DNA of 49,872 nt from the NCBI GenBank assembly GCA_000402775.1, contig AQSC01000058.1:1-49872 (forward strand). Direction: 5' to 3'. Origin of the DNA: Euryarchaeota archaeon SCGC AAA252-I15. GTDB lineage: Archaea; Altiarchaeota; Altiarchaeia; IMC4; SCGC-AAA252-I15. Of this stretch, positions 19,850 to 27,824 are shown in pieces. Under the pieces are notes generated by a model. The model searched no databases. It had not been told where the DNA came from and worked only from the letters and a program-made list of their open reading frames with translations. Both the position numbers and the translations under genes were made by a program. Each line of letters begins with the position of its first letter. Within the stretch, counting starts at the first letter, position 1.

Positions 19850-20716
19850 TTATTTCACGCAAGACCTTAAAAAGTTGATTTTCCCAGACACAATTTCATC
19901 GCTTAAACAAGCAAGAGGAGTATAATGCGGGAGTTCAAGTTTTCGGACATTCTCAGGATCCAAGCCTGAAACGATTCCAAGACACCTTTTAGATTGTGCG
20001 ACTTCAACCAGTTTTTCAGGACTCAATACACCCGACTCCAAGTAATCTAATGTTTGGGGTGTGAAGTATGAGAGTGTTTCATGCAAGCCCAATGATTTAG
20101 AATCGTAAACAAGGAGGATTTCACAACCCCTTCGCATAAGCATCCAAGCAGCCAGCAAATCCCGCTCGGAATAAACTTGCGCTAAAAGTCTCCCCTGGGT
20201 TCCATAAGGTAGGCCTCCAACACCCGCAAATTTATCAGTGAACACGAAAGCTTTGTCGCCGTAGACTTCAATGTAGACTGTAGTGTCTGGATGGGTTAAG
20301 TCAACTCGGGCTCCACAGGCTTCCCGGATTGCGTCACCTACCACAACCTCCACATCCTTGGATGAAAAAGATTGTTTTCCCGTTTTTTTCGCCCGAACCG
20401 CAAAAGAAGAATCTTTACTGATTTTTTCTTTGGAATAACTTAGCGCAGTCTCTGCAATAACATTCAAATCAACTATCGTCTCCAATGCTGGACTTGTTGA
20501 AGTCACACCGAAAACCCGGCAAACCCGCAAAGCCACTTCCGAAGGGGAGCAAGTCTTCAAATAACACCTGTGCCGTCTTAAAACAACCTTGTAATCAAAC
20601 TCTTCCCCATCCAAAATCCCCTTAATGTTTCCCACAAGCCGCTCAGTGAATTTTTTCCGCACGTACTCGCTTTTCAAAAAAATCTCTCCGTAACGGACGA
20701 TAACTGAATCATTCAT
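19850..20716 (-). CDS. ThiI-like THUMP-domain protein with a degenerate PP-loop
   Basis: VRYGEIFLKS start, FAVRAKK THUMP core, GVGGLPYGTQGR; the expected SGGxDS is replaced by VYSERDL. Confidence 0.8.
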   Translation of the reverse strand: MNDSVIVRYGEIFLKSEYVRKKFTERLVGNIKGILDGEEFDYKVVLRRHRCYLKTCSPSEVALRVCRVFGVTSTSPALETIVDLNVIAETALSYSKEKISKDSSFAVRAKKTGKQSFSSKDVEVVVGDAIREACGARVDLTHPDTTVYIEVYGDKAFVFTDKFAGVGGLPYGTQGRLLAQVYSERDLLAAWMLMRRGCEILLVYDSKSLGLHETLSYFTPQTLDYLESGVLSPEKLVEVAQSKRCLGIVSGLDPENVRKLELPHYTPLACLSDEIVSGKINFLRSCVK

Positions 20717-20776
20717 CTCAATGACAATAAAATAGCTTTAAATAAATTAAAACCGTAATAATACTTTCGCTGAAAA

Positions 20777-20907
20777 CCCGTCTTAGCGTAGCTTGGTTAA
20801 CGCGGCTGGCTGTAGTTTGGATTCAAGGGGAAATAAATCCCTTTACCAGCCCTAAAAAGCATAAAGCAGCTACCGGCAGACCCCCGGTTCAAATCCGGGA
20901 GACGGGA
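20777..20907 (+). tRNA. tRNA-Tyr(GTA) with a 56-nt intron at 37/38 (20816-20871)
   Basis: Acceptor stem CCCGTCT/AGACGGG; anticodon stem GCTGG/CCGGC; T-arm CCCGG-TTCAAAT-CCGGG; BHB central helix CTGT/GCAG. Confidence 0.93.
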
Positions 20908-20919
20908 AACCATTTTCTT

Positions 20920-21273
20920 TCAAATTTCAACGGAGATTGAAATCAAATTCCAACCCTGTGTCAAGGATGTGTGAGCGTCCACAGTCGAGTATACATCACC
21001 AGTAACTGTACTGTTGAAGAACCCTATGTTTGCAGTATAGTTGCCGCCCAGTGTATTTAGACCGCCCCCGGGTTTATCGGATGCTGTCAAAAAAAATCGG
21101 GCACTATAAGTTTCACCTTCAGCAGTGCCCCCCTGAAGCCCGCTTGTGTGATGTTGCACTGTTGGTTCTCCATTCATAATCAAGATTGCTCCTGCTATTG
21201 AAGCAAGTAAAAAAATCGATGACAATACAATCCTATTCTCTTTGAAAAGCGACTTCATTTTTAAGACTAGCAT
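20920..21273 (-). CDS. Small secreted protein ending in a GWNLIS motif
   Basis: N-terminal hydrophobic segment, Gly-rich beta region, C-terminus LTQGWNLISISVEI. True start may be 21258. Confidence 0.75.
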   Translation of the reverse strand: MLVLKMKSLFKENRIVLSSIFLLASIAGAILIMNGEPTVQHHTSGLQGGTAEGETYSARFFLTASDKPGGGLNTLGGNYTANIGFFNSTVTGDVYSTVDAHTSLTQGWNLISISVEI

Positions 21274-22625
21274 AATCCATCACCATCTACTTGCCACCAG
21301 TTGCTACCATTACAAAAACAGAGTTCGTTGAAGCTATCATCATAGTATATGCTACCTTCTGTATTTGCATTGCAGGTTCCGGGACTGTTGGTTGGCTCAA
21401 GCATCAAGACATTTGATATGTGCACCCTCTGCTGTGGCGTTGTCGTTCCGAATCCTACATTACCTTCTGAATCAACAGTCATATACTTGTCAATCAATAA
21501 ATTAGATCCAATGTGCAGTTTATCTGTATTGTCGTTGTCCAAACCTATTGCATAGATTTCCGTCCCTATTTCACCGCTATTTGTCATAAATGAGATAATT
21601 GCTTCATCATCCGATTTTGAAACCCGGTCTAGGTGGACTCTGGAACTGCCGGTTGATTTCGCTTTAACCCTCAATGTCGGTCCGCCTGTTTTTTGGACAT
21701 CCAAGATATAAGTTGGGTTAAGTACCCCAATGCCGACTTTACCGCCCATAATGGCCATAGTATTGTCTTGCGTTACATTAACCCCGTTTTGGTCGTTCAG
21801 GGCGATCGCCATAGAATAATCTCCACCAGCCTCTATCTCCCGTCCGATTGCGGTGGAATAGTATCCTGAAGCAACCGTGTTTCGTCCGAGTGCAGTGGAA
21901 TAGTACCCTGAGGCGGTAGAATACCACCCTGAAGCGAGCCCATACATCCCTGATGCAGTTGTCCTATACCCTAATGCTGTGGAATACATGTCTGATGCTG
22001 TTGTCTGATACCCTAATGCAGTGGAAGAATAACTTGATGCTGTGGTGTCAAACCCCATCGCGGTTGAATAAGTCCCCGAGGCGGTTGAATTATAACCCAT
22101 GGCTGTGGAATAATCACCTGAAGCGGTTGTTTCATACCCTATAGCAGCAGCATATGTCCCAGGGGAGACCGCATCCACCCCACACACACCTTCGGAACCC
22201 AAAATCTGAGTGCAATTTAATTCTGATTCATTTACATCACTACCTGTAAGACTGTCATCCCTCACATCCTCACCAGAAATGTCACCCAGCGGGCTGTACC
22301 ACATAAGCCTTTCCGAGCCATCAAAGTCCAAGTCAACACTGTTAATCTTGTAGTCCTTGTAGTAGTCCTTGCCGTACTCCAGCGAAACATCCAAGTTCAA
22401 ATTCCAGCTGCCGTTCACAATGGCGTCAGTGAAAGTCGTATTGTATATCACATTGCCACCGGATGCCGCATCCCAGAATTCAATTGTTAGGTTGGCGGAT
22501 TCGACTAACACACCACTATCCCTCACATCCGTGCCCTGGTCTGAAATCGAAACAGACAGGCTGCCACTTGAATAAATACAAAGAAAAAACAAAATCAAAA
22601 CCGAAAACAATATATTTCTTTTCAT
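21267..22625 (-). CDS. Secreted adhesin-like protein with YadA-head-like repeats
   Basis: Signal peptide, Ig-like N-domain, eight 14-aa repeats, GKVGIG and GNVGFGTTTP beta-fibre motifs, Cys-containing C-terminal tip. Confidence 0.8.
   Translation of the reverse strand: MKRNILFSVLILFFLCIYSSGSLSVSISDQGTDVRDSGVLVESANLTIEFWDAASGGNVIYNTTFTDAIVNGSWNLNLDVSLEYGKDYYKDYKINSVDLDFDGSERLMWYSPLGDISGEDVRDDSLTGSDVNESELNCTQILGSEGVCGVDAVSPGTYAAAIGYETTASGDYSTAMGYNSTASGTYSTAMGFDTTASSYSSTALGYQTTASDMYSTALGYRTTASGMYGLASGWYSTASGYYSTALGRNTVASGYYSTAIGREIEAGGDYSMAIALNDQNGVNVTQDNTMAIMGGKVGIGVLNPTYILDVQKTGGPTLRVKAKSTGSSRVHLDRVSKSDDEAIISFMTNSGEIGTEIYAIGLDNDNTDKLHIGSNLLIDKYMTVDSEGNVGFGTTTPQQRVHISNVLMLEPTNSPGTCNANTEGSIYYDDSFNELCFCNGSNWWQVDGDGLC
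21816..22151 (-). repeat. Eight 42-bp coding repeats (STAxGxxTTASGxY)
   Basis: Read directly from the translation, AAAIGYETTASGDY through STAIGREIEAGGDY. Confidence 0.9.
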
Positions 22626-22720
22626 TTAACTCACCTCAAGTATGTAAGTTATCTTATTACAAAAGAAATAAGTGTAAAGGACTTGAACTTTCTCTAGCAT
22701 CCAAGGAGACTAGATTTTTT

Positions 22721-23344
22721 TTAGTCGCGTATTATGTAGTCTATTTGGTGTTCCATGTTTTTCCGGGCGAATATGTGTTGAGTGAAATTGTTGTTTTGAT
22801 AGTGTACTATAACTGAGTATTTGTCCCCGCCATGCACTTCCACTGAATATCCTCCGTCGCCGGCTGTCACCGTTGAAAACCTGCGGTCCAAAGTCTGGGA
22901 TTCAATCTCAACTAAAAGATTGCTTAACGGTTCGGCAGGAGTCTTCCGGTTCACAAACCCGAAAATCCGCGATGTTGGATCCTCTTCGACTTCGAATCTT
23001 TCAGCACACATCTCCCTTGACATTTCATGAGATATCAGCTCGCACAAGCTCGCATCATCAAGGCGGATAGCCTCGTTAAAGTAGCATAAACTCTGGTTCA
23101 GTGAATTCGAGATACTCGCACACTCGTCCTTAAGAGTCGTCGAAGTCGCCTCCAGAATCGTGGAAGTTGAAGATTCCATACTAGTTGAGGAAATCCCGAT
23201 CGAAGTAGTAGCCTGTGAAACAGTGGTAGAAGATGAAACAGACTTTACGGTGGAAGTAGACTCAACTAAAGCGGAATCATCAATCTGGCTTACACATCCA
23301 GAAAACAAAACCAGTAAAACCAAAATTAATCCAAGTATCCTCAT
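22721..23344 (-). CDS. Surface lipoprotein-like protein (Ser/Thr linker, Cys repeat, Cna-B-like C-domain)
   Basis: Likely start MRILGLILVLLVLFSGC at 23344, directly after the upstream stop; S/T-rich stalk; C-x11-CY...C...C motif. Confidence 0.75.
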   Translation of the reverse strand: MRILGLILVLLVLFSGCVSQIDDSALVESTSTVKSVSSSTTVSQATTSIGISSTSMESSTSTILEATSTTLKDECASISNSLNQSLCYFNEAIRLDDASLCELISHEMSREMCAERFEVEEDPTSRIFGFVNRKTPAEPLSNLLVEIESQTLDRRFSTVTAGDGGYSVEVHGGDKYSVIVHYQNNNFTQHIFARKNMEHQIDYIIRD

Positions 23345-23345
23345 C

Positions 23346-23870
23346 CTACTTTCCCACCCCAATATCCCTGAAATCGTCCAAAGACTGGGCGAGCTCAAGC
23401 GTCTTCCACAAAAACTCGTATTTATCGGGCTTCCCGTCCCCCTCCTTCCTACAGGAGTATTCAACAGACCTTAACCGGTCAACATCTAATAAAACACTAT
23501 TATACAAGACACCATCCAAAAAAGCCAAAGCCTGAAGCCTTACCACATCCACCTCCAACGGAGTCAAACCAGGCATCGCATCCTCCCGAAACAAATCCCT
23601 GGAAAGCTCGGAAGGAGCTTCAGACGAAGGCCAGATAATGCCCGCATCAACAAGCTTTTCCAAACCAGCGTCCACTAAAAGACGCTCCCCACCACCATCC
23701 GAAGCCTTAATAGCATCCTGCTCCTGCGACAACAAAACAGGCATATTATTCCTATCACCAGAAGACTCCTTTAAAACACCAGCCTCGGAGCCGACACCAA
23801 CACGCTCAGACTCCACATCACTTAAAAGAGCCCCCAAATCAACCCAGGAAACAGTCGCAACATCAACCAT
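23346..23870 (-). CDS. Hypothetical acidic protein
   Basis: 174-aa ORF abutting the lipoprotein start; strongly G/T-biased coding strand; no family recognised. Confidence 0.5.
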   Translation of the reverse strand: MVDVATVSWVDLGALLSDVESERVGVGSEAGVLKESSGDRNNMPVLLSQEQDAIKASDGGGERLLVDAGLEKLVDAGIIWPSSEAPSELSRDLFREDAMPGLTPLEVDVVRLQALAFLDGVLYNSVLLDVDRLRSVEYSCRKEGDGKPDKYEFLWKTLELAQSLDDFRDIGVGK

Positions 23871-23894
23871 GAAAATACATTATTTTTTAATCAT

Positions 23895-23908
23895 AAAAAG
23901 CTTATTAA
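23895..23908 (+). promoter_or_regulatory. BRE + TATA box (AAAAAG CTTATTAA)
   Basis: TATA lies about 21-28 nt upstream of G23929, the first copy of the tRNA-Asn 5' end. It may also serve the divergent gene. Confidence 0.65.
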
Positions 23909-23928
23909 TGAGAAGGCTTATCAAATCT

Positions 23929-24274
23929 GCCTCGGTAGCTTAGTATACAACCCCCTTCTTTTTCCCGAAAAAGAAAAGCGTTGACGGAAAAGAAAAATCC
24001 AAAAAAAATATGTGACCCAGAACATAAAATTCTGGCGAATAAACAATACACGCTCAGTGTGGCTAAGCGAGTGAAACAAGCGCACGCCGCACCCGCATGT
24101 GGCCGAACCAAAGGTTCGGACACGTGTCGGACTCAAAGTCCGCCACATGTCAACTGGGCGTTACAGTTGCCTCGGTAGCTCAGGTTGGTCGGACTTAGCC
24201 GACGACTAAGGGGCCATCTTCGCTACCGCTCGATGACCCGGAACAAAACGGTGAGAAAAAGGAAGTAAACTTTT
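23929..24274 (+). ncRNA. Unassigned highly structured leader containing two tRNA-Asn 5' copies
   Basis: GCCTCGGTAGCT at 23929 and 24169; near-continuous helices, including a perfect four-way junction at 24095-24150. Confidence 0.5.
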
Positions 24275-24467
24275 GCCTCGGTAGCTCAGTTGGTGGAGCG
24301 CCTGGCTGTTATGCAGAATTCGTAAAACGACCTAGCACGGTCCGACGCCGGCATCACACCCCCACGAGGGGAGTCGAAGCCAAATGGCTGAAGACAAGCA
24401 CGGAGGTCCCCAATGAATCTCTCGCACAGGAACCAGGCGGTCACAGGTTCAAGTCCTGTCCGGGGCG
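24275..24467 (+). tRNA. tRNA-Asn(GTT) with a 120-nt intron at 37/38 (24312-24431)
   Basis: Acceptor stem GCCTCGG/CCGGGGC; D-stem GCTC/GAGC; anticodon stem CCTGG/CCAGG; T-arm ACAGG-TTCAAGT-CCTGT; BHB helix CTGT/ACAG. Confidence 0.93.
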
Positions 24468-24501
24468 TCCGTGTAAAAAGGGTCGCAGTATAGTGTTTTT
24501 T

Positions 24502-26847
24502 CTAGATAATCAGTGGCAGGCTTATTAGGTTCCAGCCTGCCTGCAAGTTAGTTGAATAGGGTAGTATGGCACAGGAGTAAAAACAGCCTGACGTGGCACT
24601 CTCGTCCCCGTAGTTCTGGGTTGTGTTGCAGTAGTTATGGTCCCCTGTATTTGAGTCATCGTCTGCGATGTCGTAGTAGTCTCCGCCACTCTGGTTGTTC
24701 CCGCAGAAACGGTTATTGTTTAACGTGTTGCCTGTGCTGTTTGCGTCGGCACTGAAACCGTGCTCTTGGTTGCTGCTCCCGGTGTTGCCTATGATGGTGT
24801 TGTTACTCGACGATTCCAAATAGATACCACTATAGGTGTTCTCGTTTGCAGTGTTGTCTGTGATAGTATTATTATGCGACTCGTACAAGTTGGTGCCACC
24901 ATCAGAGTTGTTCGATATATTGTTGCTGATAATGTTATTATACGACACTCCATTTAGGGAGATGCCGCAATCCGTGTTAGATAACACATTATTGCTTGTA
25001 ATGTTGTTTTCCTCTGACCCTTCTATGTAGATGCCATCACCACCGTTAAACGTGACAATATTATCTGAAAGGGTATTGTGGCTGCTAGAATAGATACCAA
25101 CACCAGTGGCATTATTTGAATTCACTGTATTATTTGTTATATTGTTGCCACTCGAATTATCCAAGCTGATGCCACTATCCTTGTTCCCGGTGGCAGTATT
25201 GCCAGTGATCGTGTTATAGTCGCTGGAGGATTCGAGGCAGATACCGGGTTCGTTGTTATTGATTCCATTGTTATTTGTGAGTGTGTTGTTGCTGGATGAA
25301 TCTAGGAAGATGCCTTTGTGGACATTGTTGCTTGCATTATTGTGCGTAAGCGTGTTGTTGTTTGAGGAGAAGAGGGAGATGCCGTCGTCGGAGTTATTGT
25401 TGACTGTATTGTCTGTGACAGTATTATAATTACTGGAATCTTGCAAGGAAATACCGCTCTCATTGTTCGAGTTCGCAGTATTATTTGTGACTGTGTTGTT
25501 GCATGACTCCTGAAACAATTGGATACCACCGTGGTTGTTATTATTCGCGGTGTTGTTGGTGAGGGTATTGTTGTCCGAGTAATCCAGGCAGATTCCCCCC
25601 TCAGCGTTCTCGTTTATTGTGTTGTTTGTGACCGTGTTGTCGTTTGACTCCCACAACCAGATGCCGTGGTTTTCGGTGTTTGAATTAGCAGTATTTCCTC
25701 TAACTATGTTATAGTTGCTCGAATCGCTCAAGCGAATGCCAACGTTGTTCTCGCTGGCGGTGTTGTTTGTGAGAGTGTTATTGCTTGATGATTTCAAGTA
25801 GATACCGTCTCCGTTGTTCTCGTTCACGGTGTTGTTCGTGAGGGTGTTGTTGCTTGATGAGTCAAGGTATATTCCACTAGCATTGTTATTTGATATTGTA
25901 TTCAGCATTATCTCATTGGAGTTGCTTGAGTTGTATACAATGATACCAAACCAACCATTGTTGTTTATAGTATTATCTATTAACTTGTTGTTGTTACTGA
26001 ATGAATGGAGGGTAATGGCATAGACTCCTGTGTTGTTGGATATATCATTACCGGTGAAATTGTTGTTACTGCTAGACAGCAGGGCGACACCCCTAGCATT
26101 CAGGTTTACGGTGTTGTTAACTAAAGTGTTGTTAGTGGATGACTCCATGTAGATTCCAAAACCAAAGGGACCATACTCTGTTTCAGGTGTTGTTGTGTTG
26201 TAGATCTCGTTGTTGGTTAACGTGTTGTTGTGTGCGTCGGCCATGTAAATACCGACAGAAAAGTCTGTTGCAGTTGTGTTAGAAACATAATTGCTGTCCA
26301 CTATGTTGTTGTTAGAACCTATTAAGATAGCAAAAGACATGTCGCCGTAACCGGTATCGATACCTATTGTATCGAATATTGTGTTACCGATGATTCTGTT
26401 GAAGTGAGCGGAGTTCCATAACAAAATAGCCCAGTTTGTGTTGTTAACCCTGTTGTTTGACACATTGTTGTAGCTGGAATTCTCCAAGCATATACCACCC
26501 CCACTATCTAAAAGTGTGTTGTTATCCAACCTGCTGTTGTGCGTCAAGTTAAGATAAATTGCGGAGCCATTGACTGTGTAGCCTGTTATTACGCAATTCG
26601 TTACAGTTACATTATTCCTTCCTTGAGCGAAGATTCCATAGAATTCCTGGTCCCTGGTGTTACCCTCTAGGATGTGGGCATTGCAGTCGAGTGTGATGTC
26701 GTTGGCACCGATTATGAGTGCAGTGCCGTTGCAATTAAGGTCAGCCGTTAATGTCGTGTCTTCCGTGATGATGTCACCGCATGACACTGCACTAGCGTAA
26801 ATAGGTGAGAAAAATAAAACCAAACAAACCAATATTTTTAGCTTCAT
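24502..26847 (-). CDS. Secreted right-handed beta-helix (NosD/PbH1 repeat) protein
   Basis: Signal peptide; VSCGDIITEDTTLTADLNC cap; more than 20 ~22-24-aa NNTLTNNT...GIxL repeats; C-terminus LQAGWNLISLPLII. Confidence 0.92.
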   Translation of the reverse strand: MKLKILVCLVLFFSPIYASAVSCGDIITEDTTLTADLNCNGTALIIGANDITLDCNAHILEGNTRDQEFYGIFAQGRNNVTVTNCVITGYTVNGSAIYLNLTHNSRLDNNTLLDSGGGICLENSSYNNVSNNRVNNTNWAILLWNSAHFNRIIGNTIFDTIGIDTGYGDMSFAILIGSNNNIVDSNYVSNTTATDFSVGIYMADAHNNTLTNNEIYNTTTPETEYGPFGFGIYMESSTNNTLVNNTVNLNARGVALLSSSNNNFTGNDISNNTGVYAITLHSFSNNNKLIDNTINNNGWFGIIVYNSSNSNEIMLNTISNNNASGIYLDSSSNNTLTNNTVNENNGDGIYLKSSSNNTLTNNTASENNVGIRLSDSSNYNIVRGNTANSNTENHGIWLWESNDNTVTNNTINENAEGGICLDYSDNNTLTNNTANNNNHGGIQLFQESCNNTVTNNTANSNNESGISLQDSSNYNTVTDNTVNNNSDDGISLFSSNNNTLTHNNASNNVHKGIFLDSSSNNTLTNNNGINNNEPGICLESSSDYNTITGNTATGNKDSGISLDNSSGNNITNNTVNSNNATGVGIYSSSHNTLSDNIVTFNGGDGIYIEGSEENNITSNNVLSNTDCGISLNGVSYNNIISNNISNNSDGGTNLYESHNNTITDNTANENTYSGIYLESSSNNTIIGNTGSSNQEHGFSADANSTGNTLNNNRFCGNNQSGGDYYDIADDDSNTGDHNYCNTTQNYGDESATSGCFYSCAILPYSTNLQAGWNLISLPLII

Positions 26848-26933
26848 CTTATCAACCCATCGAATGTATTATTTAATCTCTGTTTTAATATCTTTCAAGA
26901 GGAGTCTGTGTACTATGTGCAGCCAGACCGATT

Positions 26934-27028
26934 TTTTATTCTCTAATTCTAATGTATAAGTAGAACAGCGAGATGCTGTTTTGTATGTAAATACCATTGC
27001 GGATGAGTAGACGCCTGTCCGGGGCGAA
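26934..27028 (+). repeat. 95-bp junction element, copy 1, ending in the tRNA-Asn 3' sequence
   Basis: 84/95 identical to 30687-30781 by manual alignment; ends CCTGTCCGGGGCG (27014-27026), equal to tRNA 24455-24467. Confidence 0.9.
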
Positions 27029-27104
27029 ACTTCACTTTTTTTATGCCTGCAGTGATGCGGTTTTAGCTTGAAAATAGGGTTTATCCTTGCAGGGACTTGA
27101 ACCA

Positions 27105-27815
27105 TTAAATTAGACTATTTTGTATTTCTCGTATGACCTTTCTGGTGTTTCTCGTTACTCTTTCGAATACTTTATCCGTTATGCTGAACTCACCTTTTAT
27201 CGAGTTCACGTATTTAGGATCATTTATCACCGAAAGCAATTCTCCAAGATGTTTTTTTATCACATCAACAGGACATCGTTTCAGGTGCTCGATTATCTTT
27301 TTTACTTTTGGTTTCTCGTAGCATAAGATTATTATGTCCCGTTTGTCCGTGAGCCTCATGGAATTGATTTTTAGTGCAATAATCATTTCCCTGTTAGCTA
27401 GCCGGACTTTCGCTTTCGAGTCGGGATGCCAGCCACTTACGGTTCTTGTCTCGGAATTTTTGAAAAGATAATTAAAGGAGTAACTGCTTCCAGTCTGCCT
27501 GGATTTTACTGAATTGGTGAGGATGTCCACACTAACAGGTAACTCCTCCTTCTTCTTGTATTTTCTGAACTCCCCCGCATAGATTTCATCCAAATCCTTT
27601 TTCTCTGTGGTGATTTTGAAGCCCTGAATATTAAGTAGTTCCTCAAAGAACTGTAGTTCATTTTTTGGAATTGTGATGTCTAGGTCAACGGAGAATCTTG
27701 GAAAACCGAAAGCACTTACTGCATATCCCCCTATGAGCACGTACTTTGTTTTTTCGGGAATGGTTCTAAGGAAATAAAAGCACTCATCTTCCCTTTTAAG
27801 TATTTTATCTCTCAT
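27105..27815 (-). CDS. AbiEii-like nucleotidyltransferase (type IV TA toxin candidate)
   Basis: YVLIGGYAV...RFSVDLDI motif; EMIIALKINSMRLTDKRDI. Confidence 0.75.
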   Translation of the reverse strand: MRDKILKREDECFYFLRTIPEKTKYVLIGGYAVSAFGFPRFSVDLDITIPKNELQFFEELLNIQGFKITTEKKDLDEIYAGEFRKYKKKEELPVSVDILTNSVKSRQTGSSYSFNYLFKNSETRTVSGWHPDSKAKVRLANREMIIALKINSMRLTDKRDIIILCYEKPKVKKIIEHLKRCPVDVIKKHLGELLSVINDPKYVNSIKGEFSITDKVFERVTRNTRKVIREIQNSLI

Positions 27816-27824
27816 AGTATATCC

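Noticed and set aside
20880-23900. Island integrated at tRNA-Tyr
   Set aside because: No second copy of the tRNA-Tyr 3' end was seen in the window.
23929-24228. tRNA 5' copies as halves of a split or permuted tRNA
   Set aside because: Neither reaches the anticodon, no complementary leader/trailer pair forming a BHB was found, and an intact tRNA-Asn is adjacent.
24060-24260. Leader as RNase P RNA, SRP RNA or group II intron domain V
   Set aside because: Partial words (AAAGTCCGCC, GTGAAAC, AAGCGCAC) occur in the wrong order; no SRP helix 8 and no proper D5 stem.
23929-24274. Leader as a group I intron (UUGACGGAAA ~P, ACCCGCA ~Q, CGACGACUA ~R)
   Set aside because: No TAGTC S-strand to complete P7, no P3 partner next to P, and exon-like sequence is duplicated rather than interrupted.
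24312-24431. Intron as a hammerhead (CTGAAGA), box C/D or H/ACA guide
   Set aside because: No GAAA/stem II geometry and no box C; the terminal ACA is forced by BHB pairing with the anticodon.
26869-27105. 78-aa ORF beginning MVQVP as an SSV-type split integrase fragment
   Set aside because: No recombinase motifs, and differences from the second repeat copy are mostly non-synonymous. Kept only as an alternative to test.
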